Shown one piece after another: positions 9,112 to 19,290 of a stretch of 64,000 bases of DNA. The stretch is from Bacteriovoracaceae bacterium (lineage in GTDB: Bacteria > Bdellovibrionota > Bacteriovoracia > Bacteriovoracales > Bacteriovoracaceae): assembly GCA_048270185.1 (NCBI GenBank), contig JBLWTJ010000002.1, forward strand, positions 384,001 through 448,000, in the 5' to 3' direction. A model generated the notes under the pieces. The model saw only the letters and a program-made list of their open reading frames with translations. It was not told the origin of the DNA and searched no databases. Positions within the stretch are counted from its first letter, which is position 1. Every line of letters begins with the position of its first letter. The translations under genes and the position numbers were made by a program.

Positions 9112-10188
9112 TTACTTCTGTGCAGACTTCCCTGGGTTATGATGGATTAACTCACCTTTAACACTTCCGATTTTAACTTTAGCAGCAAACTTTAATAGAG
9201 TTCTAGACTCATCAGTTGAGACCCAAAAGTTAATATCACCTGACTTCTTTAGGACACCAGGAAATTCTGTTTGCGCTGTAATCTTATAAGCTTGATAGAC
9301 AGTATTCATTAATTCAACTTCTTCAATTTCATCAACGCTGGCCTTAAGTAACCAAACTTTCCCTCGTGTGATAATTGGAAATTCGAAGTTTGCCCCAACT
9401 TTAATAGGGAGACCTCTCAAGAAATAAAGCGCTGAAAAAGAATCAGTAAAATACTTTGGAATAAAGTCATCTTTCTTAATCTTCTTTGTTTTGCCTTTCT
9501 TGATGCGGTTGTAGAAGAAGTAAGTCTTTAATTCATCATGATCAAATAGTTGAAGATCATCAACGATCTGTCCTGACTCTCTTTGTTTCATTTCATATTT
9601 TAAAGAAGAGTATTCACCATCATCTGCTTTTACATAAACATCAAGAGAGTCTTTAAGTTTATATATTCCTTCAAAATATTCGGCCGACTCTAAAAGTGCA
9701 TTGATATGAAGGACTTCTTTATCACCAATTTTTGCCATTGGCTGAGTACTAATTGTCGCAGTACCTGCTTTAAAAATAGACCAACTAACTTCGTAGCGGA
9801 ATTCTTCACCAATATTATAAACAGGCTTATAGCTATCCCAAAGACGCTTTGCCTCTTTATCGAAGGCCAAGAACTCCTTTGGATAATCCTCTAGTGTTTG
9901 AGGATCAATTTTCTTTACTTCCTTCTTCTTTTCAACTTTCTTAGTCTTTGGTTCAACCTTAGATACTTTCTGCTCGACGACAATCGTCTCTTTTTTCACT
10001 GGATCTGGAGACACTTCTGTTGTCTTGAATTTATCGAGAGTTTCAGCTTCTTCCTTACTAAATATCTCGACAAGATCCTTATCATCACTATCACTCTTCA
10101 TAAGAGTTCCAGCACAACTAACAAAGAGGGCAGAAATTAAAATATATAAGTAGAGAGATTTTTTATTCTTCACGATTTCCCCTAACAA
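9112..10188 (-). CDS. DUF3108-like lipoprotein
   Basis: Lipobox-like FVSC; GEEFRYEVSW..F.AG, D.FSALYFLR, I.FWVS.DE.R..L motifs. Confidence 0.65.
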   Translation of the reverse strand: MLGEIVKNKKSLYLYILISALFVSCAGTLMKSDSDDKDLVEIFSKEEAETLDKFKTTEVSPDPVKKETIVVEQKVSKVEPKTKKVEKKKEVKKIDPQTLEDYPKEFLAFDKEAKRLWDSYKPVYNIGEEFRYEVSWSIFKAGTATISTQPMAKIGDKEVLHINALLESAEYFEGIYKLKDSLDVYVKADDGEYSSLKYEMKQRESGQIVDDLQLFDHDELKTYFFYNRIKKGKTKKIKKDDFIPKYFTDSFSALYFLRGLPIKVGANFEFPIITRGKVWLLKASVDEIEEVELMNTVYQAYKITAQTEFPGVLKKSGDINFWVSTDESRTLLKFAAKVKIGSVKGELIHHNPGKSAQK

Positions 10189-11248
10189 CTGATTTAATTT
10201 TATCTTTCACAAGTTCTTCGCCTTTTAAGAATTCAATACCAATCTGTAGGTAATGAATACAGTCACTACTTGAACACCTCTTCATTTTAACAATATCTTT
10301 TTCAGTTGTTAGAATGATGGCATCCTTTTCTTGTGCAAGCTCAACCAAACCTTCTAACTCACTGACTTTATATAGGTGGTGATCAGGAAAATTAAAATCA
10401 TCAACTATATTGGCATTTAATTGTTTTACTAATTTAATAAATGCTTCTGGCGAAGCAAGTCCTGAGACACAAATAACATTCTTGCCATTTAGCTCCTCAA
10501 GTTTAATATCTTCTTCATGTAAGAGATTTTTAATTGCACTAGGAGCATACTTAAATTGGCCTGTTGGAGTATTTGGACGACAATGAGATGAAATAAACTC
10601 TTCTAACTCGACAAGATCATCTTTTGCAACAAGATCAGCTCGTCCAAAAAGAACGATATCAGCTTCTTTTAAAGCACTCACACCTTCTCTCAAGTAACCT
10701 CGAGGTGGACAGTGATACTTCGATAGTGGAAGGAGTGAATCAAAAAGTACAACATTTAGATTTCTTTGAATTTTTAAATGCTGAAAACCGTCATCCAACA
10801 AAACAACATCTGACTTTTCTTCTTCATAGTAGCGTCTTAAATTGTCACTTCTATCTGCTCCAACAACAACACTTGCATTCTTTAGATTACGACTTAGTAC
10901 TAGAGCTTCATCGCCAAAGACGAAAGGATTTTCACTTATTTTTTTACCCGTTCTTATAACACCACTAGATTTTTCAAGTTCACCTTTATAACCACGAGTA
11001 AGAACCATCACTTTCTTCTTTAATTCATCGTTTAAAAGATTACCAATCCAAAGAGTGAAAGGAGTTTTACCTGTACCTCCAAGTGAAAGGTTACCAATAC
11101 TAATAATAGGTACTTCAAAGCGAGAGGATTTAAAAACTCCCATTTTAAAAGCAAAGCGGCGAAGGCGATATATCCACTCCCATAAAAAGCTCACAGGAGT
11201 AAGTGCAATTGAAATAAAATTGATAAGTTTTATATTTAAACTATTCAT
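10163..11248 (-). CDS. lpxK: Tetraacyldisaccharide 4'-kinase
   Basis: ISIGNLSLGGTGKTP, LTRGY, GDEA, LLDDGFQH, P.GYLRE, FPDHH, TTEKD.VK. Confidence 0.95.
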   Translation of the reverse strand: MNSLNIKLINFISIALTPVSFLWEWIYRLRRFAFKMGVFKSSRFEVPIISIGNLSLGGTGKTPFTLWIGNLLNDELKKKVMVLTRGYKGELEKSSGVIRTGKKISENPFVFGDEALVLSRNLKNASVVVGADRSDNLRRYYEEEKSDVVLLDDGFQHLKIQRNLNVVLFDSLLPLSKYHCPPRGYLREGVSALKEADIVLFGRADLVAKDDLVELEEFISSHCRPNTPTGQFKYAPSAIKNLLHEEDIKLEELNGKNVICVSGLASPEAFIKLVKQLNANIVDDFNFPDHHLYKVSELEGLVELAQEKDAIILTTEKDIVKMKRCSSSDCIHYLQIGIEFLKGEELVKDKIKSVVRGNREE

Positions 11249-12371
11249 AAGCTTCTTTAATTTTCTCTAATAAGTAAGAAGATACTTCAATATCTTCTCC
11301 CTCAGTCAACTTTCTTAATTTTTCTAATTCGTTTAAAACAAGCTCATAACGATTTGAATCGTTAAAAAGATCCTTTGCTTTACGTGTTAAATTATAATTA
11401 CTAAAGCCTTCTCCTAATAACTCTGGATAGACTTCATGACCTAATATTAAATTTGGAATTGAAACAAAACCAGTGTATTTGACGATAGTCTCTGCAATAA
11501 ATTTATTAAAGAGATTTAGATCATAGGCGATCACACTTGGAACTTGATATAGGGCCAAAGAAAGGTTCACTGTACCACTTGTTGCAAATGAAAAGTCAGC
11601 CTCTTTTAATGCCTTATCTAATTGATCATCATTATATATCTTGTCAAACTTACTCTCATACTTAGAAAAGAGCTCTTGATCAACTGAACTCGACTTTACA
11701 ATAGTAAGATCAAAGTCATAATTCTGCCTTAGAGTTTCACAAGATTTTAAAAACTCAGGCAACATGAATTCAATCTCAAAGCGACGACTCCCTGGAAGCA
11801 ATAAGAGATTAAAGCGTTCATTCTTAAAATCAACTTTCCTTCTTTTAAATCCTTCAAGTAGTGGCTTAGTCTTTTTAAGAAGAGGATGCTCTATTGTTAT
11901 GGCCTTAGAGACTCCACGGTCCATAAACCATTTTTTTTCAAAAGGCAGAATACAAAAGAGCGTATCAACAGATTGCTGTAAATACTTTGTTCTCCACTCT
12001 TTCCAAACCCAAGCTTGAGGGGCCACGTAGTAGAGGACCTTTACACCAAGCTTTTCAAGTTTCATCGCAAGCTTAAGATTAAAAGTTTGAAAATCAATTA
12101 AAATTGCAACTTTTGTCTCTCTCTTAATGACCTCGTTAACGATATACTTATAAGCTTTATAATAATAAGGAACCTTCTTAACTGCTTCAGTTATTCCCCA
12201 AGTTGAAAAATCCTTTAAATTATAAAGAAGCTCAACTCCCGCCTCTTCCATAAGCTTGCCCCCTACTCCATAAAATTGAGTATCGGGAGCCTCTTTAGTA
12301 AGAGTCTCAAGGAAAGTCATTGCATGTTCTTCACCAGATTTTTCACCAGCGATGATTAGACAACTTTTCAA
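11241..12371 (-). CDS. lpxB: Lipid-A-disaccharide synthase
   Basis: AGEKSG, YYVAPQAWVW, ILPFE, HPL, LLPGSR, SGTVNL, PNLI. Confidence 0.95.
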   Translation of the reverse strand: MKSCLIIAGEKSGEEHAMTFLETLTKEAPDTQFYGVGGKLMEEAGVELLYNLKDFSTWGITEAVKKVPYYYKAYKYIVNEVIKRETKVAILIDFQTFNLKLAMKLEKLGVKVLYYVAPQAWVWKEWRTKYLQQSVDTLFCILPFEKKWFMDRGVSKAITIEHPLLKKTKPLLEGFKRRKVDFKNERFNLLLLPGSRRFEIEFMLPEFLKSCETLRQNYDFDLTIVKSSSVDQELFSKYESKFDKIYNDDQLDKALKEADFSFATSGTVNLSLALYQVPSVIAYDLNLFNKFIAETIVKYTGFVSIPNLILGHEVYPELLGEGFSNYNLTRKAKDLFNDSNRYELVLNELEKLRKLTEGEDIEVSSYLLEKIKEAYE

Positions 12372-13315
12372 TTAAGAACTACCTCTTTATTATCATTTAA
12401 CGATTTATTAACTGCTTCAATTAATTCCATTGCTGCAATTCCGTCATCAATCGAAACAAATACTTCTGTGTCATTTAAAATTGATCGATAGAACTTATCT
12501 TGCTCAATTAATAAGTGATCTCTTTTTTCATATTCAAATTCATTAATAACCTGTTCTTCACCGGCTTTAATATCTTTTGAAAAAGATGCTTTATTATTTA
12601 GAAGATCAACACGAAGAATTCCACTCTTTGAGTTCACTTGTACACTTCTTTCAGTTTTTACGTCATTACGTGAGTTTTCAATAGTCACGAGGTGATTACC
12701 ATAATTAAGTATGGCCTTAACATGATCAAATTTATCAGTAAGAATTTTCATCCCGAAAGCTTGAATTGTCTTCGGACGGCCAAATAACATGAGGGCCAGG
12801 TCAAGATCGTGAATCATTAAGTCTTCGACGACACCAACATCTGCCGCTCTTCCTTTGAAAGGAGAATTACGAACAATAGTTGCAACTGATGATTCTTTAA
12901 CAATGGCATCAAATTCACCAAGTCTTTCCCAAACCTGATGGCATCTTTCACTGTGTCCTACCTGTAGCTTTACATTCTTTGCTTCAGCAATTTCTTTTAA
13001 CTTCTTTGCTTCCTCAACTGTAACTGTTACTGGTTTTTCACAAAAGACATGTTTTGAGTTCTCTAATAAGTACTTAGCAATCTCAAAGTGATAACTCGTT
13101 GGCGTCGCAATAACGGCAGCCTCAATCTCATCAATGACATCTTTAATATCAGAGACAATCTTCACATTAGGAAATTTCTCTCGTGCTTTTTCTTGATTCG
13201 GGGCAAATGGTTCGACAATAGCAATTAATTCACTACTTTCAAGGCCAGCTGCCTTTTGAGCATGCCACTGACCAAGGTGACCAAAACCAATTGAAGCGAC
13301 TTTCACTTTATTCAT
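12368..13315 (-). CDS. Gfo/Idh/MocA-family NAD-dependent oxidoreductase, probable GnnA (UDP-GlcNAc 3-dehydrogenase)
   Basis: G.GHLG..H, ATPT..H, CEKP, QVGH.ER, V.DLMIHDLD; located between lpxA and lpxB. Confidence 0.8.
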   Translation of the reverse strand: MNKVKVASIGFGHLGQWHAQKAAGLESSELIAIVEPFAPNQEKAREKFPNVKIVSDIKDVIDEIEAAVIATPTSYHFEIAKYLLENSKHVFCEKPVTVTVEEAKKLKEIAEAKNVKLQVGHSERCHQVWERLGEFDAIVKESSVATIVRNSPFKGRAADVGVVEDLMIHDLDLALMLFGRPKTIQAFGMKILTDKFDHVKAILNYGNHLVTIENSRNDVKTERSVQVNSKSGILRVDLLNNKASFSKDIKAGEEQVINEFEYEKRDHLLIEQDKFYRSILNDTEVFVSIDDGIAAMELIEAVNKSLNDNKEVVLN

Positions 13316-13327
13316 AATAATACCTTA

Positions 13328-14122
13328 TTAACTTAAGAAAGGTGCAATCCCCATCTTTGTCGTCGTAATATGTTCTTTAATTTGTTTGATGATTTCATTA
13401 TTAGCGTATGGCTCCATTAGCTCATCTGTTTCAACAAATGTGCGTGGAGAATATGTCGAAGCTTCCATATCTCTAAAGAAATCAACAATTTCAGAAATTG
13501 CATTTCTCTCAACGCCTGCTCGACGAAGACCAATAATATTGATTCCACGAAGCTTTGCGCGATTCCCGTAAGCAGTACAGTAAAGTGGAATATCTTTATC
13601 GATTGCCGAAGCACCACCAATATATGCACCCTCAGCAATTTTTACGAATTGAGAAATATTTGTTCCACCACCGATGATTACTTTATTTCCAACTTTTACG
13701 TGACCAGCAAGGTTTGTTGAGTTTGCCATAATAACACGGTCACCAACAACAACATCATGCCCTAAGTGTACCTTGGCCATCAGTAGACAATTACTTCCAA
13801 GAGACGTCTTTTGACGATCCTTCATTGTTCCTCTGTGAATTGAAACATATTCACGAAGAACATTATCATTACCTATTTCAACTTCTGTTGCATCATCCTT
13901 ATATGTAAGATCCTGTGGTTCTTCACCAATTGAACAAAATTGATAAATTTTATTATTATTTCCAATTCTTGTTATACCGTTGATGATAACGTGATTTCGA
14001 ATATCACAATCTTTTCCAATTTTTACATTTGGGCCGATAATACAGTATGCTCCAACTGTTGTTCCTTCACCAATTTCTGCTGATTCGTGAATAATTGCTG
14101 TTGGGTGAAATCTATCGCTCAT
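13328..14122 (-). CDS. lpxA: Acyl-ACP:UDP-N-acetylglucosamine O-acyltransferase
   Basis: Hexapeptide repeats, PQDL.YK, IHRGT, H.GHD, LAGHV, GIN.IGLRR. Confidence 0.95.
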   Translation of the reverse strand: MSDRFHPTAIIHESAEIGEGTTVGAYCIIGPNVKIGKDCDIRNHVIINGITRIGNNNKIYQFCSIGEEPQDLTYKDDATEVEIGNDNVLREYVSIHRGTMKDRQKTSLGSNCLLMAKVHLGHDVVVGDRVIMANSTNLAGHVKVGNKVIIGGGTNISQFVKIAEGAYIGGASAIDKDIPLYCTAYGNRAKLRGINIIGLRRAGVERNAISEIVDFFRDMEASTYSPRTFVETDELMEPYANNEIIKQIKEHITTTKMGIAPFLS

Positions 14123-14133
14123 AGAAACTCCTT

Positions 14134-14610
14134 CTATTCCTTAACTTTGAAAGTTGCTAATACCTGACACTGACTCATTAACTCGCCTTCGTGAAAGATT
14201 TTGCAGTCATTTTGTAGAAACCCTGTACGCATTTTTGTACACACAGTTTCAACTTCTAACTTCATATTTGGGTAAACAGGCTTTCTAAACTTTGCGCCTT
14301 CAATAGATAATAGCGCAACTTCGAACTCACCTTCTTCTAAATTTTTGTAATAAAGCTTTAACTGAAATGAAGTAAACTGTGCCATCATTTCAACCTGAAC
14401 AACACCAGGTAGAATTGGATTACCAGGGAAGTGACCTGCAAAGATCGGGTGATCCTCACGAGTAGTATAAGTTCCCTTTACAACAGCTCCTACAAGATCT
14501 GTTATCTTTTCAATTTCACCTTGAGCTTCAACACTTGTAATCTCATCCACGAATAAAAATGGCTCGCGGTGAGGTAGAATATTCATTACTTCTTCTTTAT
14601 TTAATTTCAT
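14134..14610 (-). CDS. fabZ: 3-hydroxyacyl-ACP dehydratase
   Basis: LPHREPFLFVD, F.GHFPGNPILPGV..VE.MAQ, KFRKPV.P. Confidence 0.93.
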   Translation of the reverse strand: MKLNKEEVMNILPHREPFLFVDEITSVEAQGEIEKITDLVGAVVKGTYTTREDHPIFAGHFPGNPILPGVVQVEMMAQFTSFQLKLYYKNLEEGEFEVALLSIEGAKFRKPVYPNMKLEVETVCTKMRTGFLQNDCKIFHEGELMSQCQVLATFKVKE

Positions 14611-14622
14611 AAAACCTTCCGT

Positions 14623-15639
14623 TTATATATTCTTTCTTAAAAAAGCTATTCCTCTTAAAAATTCGCGCATCGGTCTTGCAGGATACCCTCCCACAATTTC
14701 CTTAGGCTTTACATTACCAATTACAATTGACCCTCCAGAAACCTGAGCGGCCATACCAACATCTAAATTGTCAGCAACTGCAGATTTTCCACCGAGAACT
14801 GCATAGTCACCAATTTTAGTACTTCCTCCAAGGGCTACATGACCACAAAGGATAACTCCATTTCCAATTTGAACGTTATGAGCAACTTGAACTAAGTTAT
14901 CGATCTTGACTCCATTACCAATACGGGTTGGACTAAAAGTACCTTGATCAACACAAGTGTTGGCACCAATTTCAACATCGTTTCCAATTTCAACACCACC
15001 AAAGTGCCAAATTTTATGATGAACACCCTGATGAAAGTTATAACCAAAGCCGTCACTTCCGATTGATGTTCCACTATGAATTCGACAATTATTTCCAATC
15101 GACGTTCCAGGATTAATTGTTACATTTGCATAAATGGTACATGACTCACCAATTGATACATTTGGCATAATCACACAGCCAGGCATGATAATGCAGTCTG
15201 CAGCGATCTTTACATTTTCACCAATGAATACATTTTCAGCAATTCTTACTGATGGGTGAATTTCCACAAGACCACTTTTGCGGCCATCTAATTCGTAACT
15301 TAGTTCTGCAAAGATTTCATCATAGAAAATCTTTGAAGCTTTTGTAATAGAAATTGGGATGTTCTTTGAACTTAAAATTGCCTTAGAATTTTTCTTAAGC
15401 TCATCTAAGTCTGTTTCTTCTAATTCATTTAATAGGGACTCTCCAAGAACTAGAGCGATACTAGAAGGAGCACCTGCTTCTTTATATTTTGTTAGAAACT
15501 TCTTAGAGCCTAAGAATAGTAATTCTTCTTCATTAATTTCTTCAATTGAAGCGATACTTTTTAGTTTAAGATCTGAACTACCTTCAACTAATGTAAGATC
15601 ACTATCATTTTCAACAATATTTTTAATTAGAATGGACAT
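14623..15639 (-). CDS. lpxD: UDP-3-O-acylglucosamine N-acyltransferase
   Basis: Hexapeptide repeats, [35 protein letters not shown]. Confidence 0.95.
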   Translation of the reverse strand: MSILIKNIVENDSDLTLVEGSSDLKLKSIASIEEINEEELLFLGSKKFLTKYKEAGAPSSIALVLGESLLNELEETDLDELKKNSKAILSSKNIPISITKASKIFYDEIFAELSYELDGRKSGLVEIHPSVRIAENVFIGENVKIAADCIIMPGCVIMPNVSIGESCTIYANVTINPGTSIGNNCRIHSGTSIGSDGFGYNFHQGVHHKIWHFGGVEIGNDVEIGANTCVDQGTFSPTRIGNGVKIDNLVQVAHNVQIGNGVILCGHVALGGSTKIGDYAVLGGKSAVADNLDVGMAAQVSGGSIVIGNVKPKEIVGGYPARPMREFLRGIAFLRKNI

Positions 15640-15663
15640 TTTCAGACCCTCCTTTAAAACGAC

Positions 15664-15689
15664 AAAAGGGAATACTAGTGTATTCCCTT
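15664..15689 (-). terminator. Intra-operon hairpin/terminator between skp and lpxD
   Basis: Minus strand AAGGGAATAC-ACTA-GTATTCCC followed by TTTT. Confidence 0.6.
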
Positions 15690-15713
15690 CGCGAGTCTAT
15701 TTTATCAAACTAA

Positions 15714-16214
15714 TTACTTATGTTTTTTGTTGTATGCCTTAATAACATCAGTTGTAATATCTGTTACTTTATTGATGTATAGAATTGGCGTTGTTGAAGT
15801 TTCATAAGTCCAGTCAAGGCCTTTACTCTTTGATACTTCTTCTACAACTGCTTTAATCTTATTTAAGATAGGACCTTTAGCTGATTGTTCCATCTTTGCA
15901 AGTTCACCTTGGTATTTTTGCATTTTCTGTTGGAAGCCAAAGAACTTCTTTTGTAGTTCTTGTCCTTTTTGCTGTTTAGTCTTCTCATTCATTACCATTG
16001 CTTGTTTTTCAAATTTTTCTTTTTCTTTAACAAGCGCTTCTTCTTCTTTCTTCAGTTCTGCTTGCTTCTTATCAATTTCTTTTTGAAGCTTATCTTTAAC
16101 TTTCTTAGATTCATTTACTTCTAAAAGAACCTTTTGAACGTCAACACGACCAATTGTCATGGCAGATGCAGTTAATGAAGAAAATAATAAACCAATCAGT
16201 AATAAATTTTTCAT
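15714..16214 (-). CDS. skp: Periplasmic chaperone Skp/OmpH
   Basis: Signal peptide, IG.VD, long Lys/Gln/Glu coiled coil, DIT.DVI; directly after bamA. Confidence 0.9.
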   Translation of the reverse strand: MKNLLLIGLLFSSLTASAMTIGRVDVQKVLLEVNESKKVKDKLQKEIDKKQAELKKEEEALVKEKEKFEKQAMVMNEKTKQQKGQELQKKFFGFQQKMQKYQGELAKMEQSAKGPILNKIKAVVEEVSKSKGLDWTYETSTTPILYINKVTDITTDVIKAYNKKHK

Positions 16215-16230
16215 ATCGTCTCCTTACGAA

Positions 16231-18522
16231 TTAGAATAATTGTCCAATATCAAAATGGAATTTCGTTCCTGCGTTCATGTCTGGGTCAGGGTTGATAGGT
16301 ATCCCCCACTCAAACCTTAGTACACCAATTGGTGAGAACCAGCGGAAACCAAATCCATAGTCCATATATATCTTATCGATATCTTCTAACTTCTTTGCAG
16401 TACCTGCATCAAAGAAAGTAACAAATTTTAAACCAGCTTCTTTTGCTAGAGGGTGTTCGAACTCAAGTGTTGTAAAAATCGTAAATGGTGCACCTGTGTT
16501 GAAAGTTTCAGTCACATCAGGAGTACCTGGATCATTATCATCGTCATAAGTTACAGTTTCTTTCGGTCCAATATCTTCAATATCATAACCGCGTAAATTT
16601 CTTGCACCACCAAGAGAGAATTTTTCATTTCTTGGAACAGGTACACCTTCATCTTCAATCTTTCCAGTATAGAAGCGACTTCTAAAGACTAAATCATTCC
16701 AAACAGGATAGAAGTAACGTAGATCGATTTCATTCTTCCACCACTCCTTATCACCACCAAGGCCTGCATATTCTGTTGCAATATTCCAGTAATAACCATC
16801 TGTTGGTTCAAAACGGTTGTTTCTCTTATCTTTTACGACAGCAAGTCTAATGGAAGACGTTACACCGTCTTCATTTTCGTCAACTGTTGGGTCTTTAATT
16901 TCAGTAAGTTCAGTTGTCTCTAATTTATAAGTCGTAAAGAGTCTTGTGTACTCAAATATAGGGTAACCAATACGAGCAGCAAATCCATATTTCTTATAAT
17001 CATATGAATCAAGTTGAGTATCAACCGTTCTAAAAACCTCACCACCGAGAGTCCATTTTGAATCCATGAAGTATGGTTCAGTAAATGATAGCGAGAAGTT
17101 TTGTTGTTCTTTTGCAATATTCGTTGAGAATGATAATTGTTGCCCTAGACCTCTAAAGTTATTTTGTGAGATCGAAGCTTGAAAGAATCCACCTGTTGCT
17201 GTTGAATAACCTGCTCCAAGAGATATCTGTCCAGTACTCTTTTCTTTAACACTAATTTCAACATCAAGAACATCATCTTGTCCTGGAGAAGAGACAGTAT
17301 TGAAAATAACACTTCCTGGCTCAAAGAATCCTAATCTGTTTACATTCTCTTTCGACTCGCGAAGGCCTGTACCAGAGTATTTTCCACCTTCTTGAATCTT
17401 AAGCTCACGGCGAACAACTTTATCTCGTGTTTTTGAGTTACCAGTAATAGAAATTCGACCAAACTTAGCAAGTTTCCCTTTTTCAAAAGAGTACTGAACA
17501 TCGACCTTATTTTCACCAGGTACTAGTTGGATATTACGAATAACGTTAGCAAAGGCATAACCTAAGTCTTGATATGACTCTGTTAGTGCTTGTATGTCTT
17601 TTCTAAGTAACTCTTCAGAGTATACTTCGCCGGCCCTAAGCTTAGTCTTCTCTCTTAATTCGTCTTCAGTAAAGAGTAGCTCACCTTGGAAATAAACATC
17701 GCGAACATCGAATTTCGGACCTTCCTTAATTTTAACAGTGATAAATACCCACTTCTTATCTTCTGATACTGTAACCTCAGGAACGGCCACATTTACTTGT
17801 AGATAACCCTTCGTTGAATAGAAGTACTTAATACGTTCAATATCAGTTTTGAAGTTTAGCTCTTTGAAGTTTCCTGATCCTGATAAGAAAGAAAAGAGAC
17901 TCTCTTCTCTCGTTTCCATGATCGATTGAACTTCTTCTGGAGCAAAGGCAGTAAGTCCTAAGAAAGTAATTTTCTTAACACGGACTTTATCGTACTCACT
18001 GATATGATAGATTAGATGGACGTTTTCGTTATTAACTCTTTTAACTTCGTATGAAACATTGGCGAGATAGAAACCTTTTTCTTCGTAGGTCTTCTCCATC
18101 TTACGGACATCAGCTTGAATCGAATTAACATCGAGAATTGAATATTCACGAGTCTTAAGGCCTTCACTTAAGTCATCCTTATCAACTTCATCATTTCCTT
18201 GAAAGATAATCTTGGCAACAATAGGCTTTTCAACAACTTTAAAAATTAGCTTATTACCTTCTTGATGGGCCTCTACAGATTCAAAGTACTTTAGATCATA
18301 AATTGTTTTGATATCTTCAAAGAGAATTTGATTCGTTAGAACGAGATCTTTTCTTGAACGTAGCTTATCAAGTACCGCCTCTTTTTCTACTTTCTTTAAA
18401 CCTTGAATTTCAACATTTGAGATTTTGAAATAGCGAACTCTTGGTCCAATTTCACTTGCAAAAATATTAAGTGTTATTGAAATAAAAAATAAATATATAA
18501 AACTCTTCCAAGAGTTGATCAT
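16231..18522 (-). CDS. bamA: Outer membrane protein assembly factor BamA
   Basis: POTRA repeats (GNSKTRDKVVRREL, LGFF), LRGY loop motif, W.SPIG.LRF, C-terminal Phe. Confidence 0.96.
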   Translation of the reverse strand: MINSWKSFIYLFFISITLNIFASEIGPRVRYFKISNVEIQGLKKVEKEAVLDKLRSRKDLVLTNQILFEDIKTIYDLKYFESVEAHQEGNKLIFKVVEKPIVAKIIFQGNDEVDKDDLSEGLKTREYSILDVNSIQADVRKMEKTYEEKGFYLANVSYEVKRVNNENVHLIYHISEYDKVRVKKITFLGLTAFAPEEVQSIMETREESLFSFLSGSGNFKELNFKTDIERIKYFYSTKGYLQVNVAVPEVTVSEDKKWVFITVKIKEGPKFDVRDVYFQGELLFTEDELREKTKLRAGEVYSEELLRKDIQALTESYQDLGYAFANVIRNIQLVPGENKVDVQYSFEKGKLAKFGRISITGNSKTRDKVVRRELKIQEGGKYSGTGLRESKENVNRLGFFEPGSVIFNTVSSPGQDDVLDVEISVKEKSTGQISLGAGYSTATGGFFQASISQNNFRGLGQQLSFSTNIAKEQQNFSLSFTEPYFMDSKWTLGGEVFRTVDTQLDSYDYKKYGFAARIGYPIFEYTRLFTTYKLETTELTEIKDPTVDENEDGVTSSIRLAVVKDKRNNRFEPTDGYYWNIATEYAGLGGDKEWWKNEIDLRYFYPVWNDLVFRSRFYTGKIEDEGVPVPRNEKFSLGGARNLRGYDIEDIGPKETVTYDDDNDPGTPDVTETFNTGAPFTIFTTLEFEHPLAKEAGLKFVTFFDAGTAKKLEDIDKIYMDYGFGFRWFSPIGVLRFEWGIPINPDPDMNAGTKFHFDIGQLF

Positions 18523-18633
18523 TCAGTCTCCGTGATCTTGTCATGTGTGTGTATGCAGACAAAAAATACTTGAGTAAAAAAATATCAATAATCTTACAAA
18601 CTTACAAAAAGAAAAACGAACATGGTGCGCAAA

Positions 18634-19290
18634 TTAATGCAGAATCCCATCCACCATCGTATGGACTTTACTAAACTTTTGAGACATTCCCTCGTCGTGC
18701 GTCACAACAAGAAGCGTTGTTCCAAGTTCACGGGAAAGCTTAAAAATTAGATCCGCCACAATAGAAGAATTTTTAGAATCGAGGTTCCCTGTAGGCTCAT
18801 CACAAAGAAGAAGCTTAGGACGCAGTGATAGAGCGCGAATGAGGTTAATTCTTTGCTGTTGCCCACCTGAAATCTCGTAAGGATAGCGAGTTAAGCAAGC
18901 ATCAACTCCAAGTGTCTTAGCAAGTGATGTTATATAATCTTTTACTTTTGACACGTCGTGACCACCAAGTCGGGCCGGTAGTAGAATATTTTCAAGACAA
19001 GTTAGTGACGATAATAAAAAGTGAAATTGGAAAACAAATCCTATTTTGGAGTTTCGGTATTTTGCTAACTTTGCGTCATTTAATTTACTTAGATTGAGTT
19101 TATCAACTGTAATATCACCTGAAGTAATATCTTCAAGTCCACCAATCAAATATAAAAGAGTTGATTTACCACAGCCAGATGCACCTTTAATTACACATTG
19201 TTCACCTTGTTCAAGCGTAAGGTTCACACCTTTTAAAATGTGTGAATTTCCAAAGTCTTTATAAACATTTGATACATTTAATATGCTCAT
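18634..19290 (-). CDS. lolD: LolD-like ABC transporter ATP-binding protein
   Basis: GASGCGKST, IGFVFQFHFLL, ISGGQQQR, CDEPTGNLD, VVTHD; follows a LolC/E-like permease. Confidence 0.8.
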   Translation of the reverse strand: MSILNVSNVYKDFGNSHILKGVNLTLEQGEQCVIKGASGCGKSTLLYLIGGLEDITSGDITVDKLNLSKLNDAKLAKYRNSKIGFVFQFHFLLSSLTCLENILLPARLGGHDVSKVKDYITSLAKTLGVDACLTRYPYEISGGQQQRINLIRALSLRPKLLLCDEPTGNLDSKNSSIVADLIFKLSRELGTTLLVVTHDEGMSQKFSKVHTMVDGILH

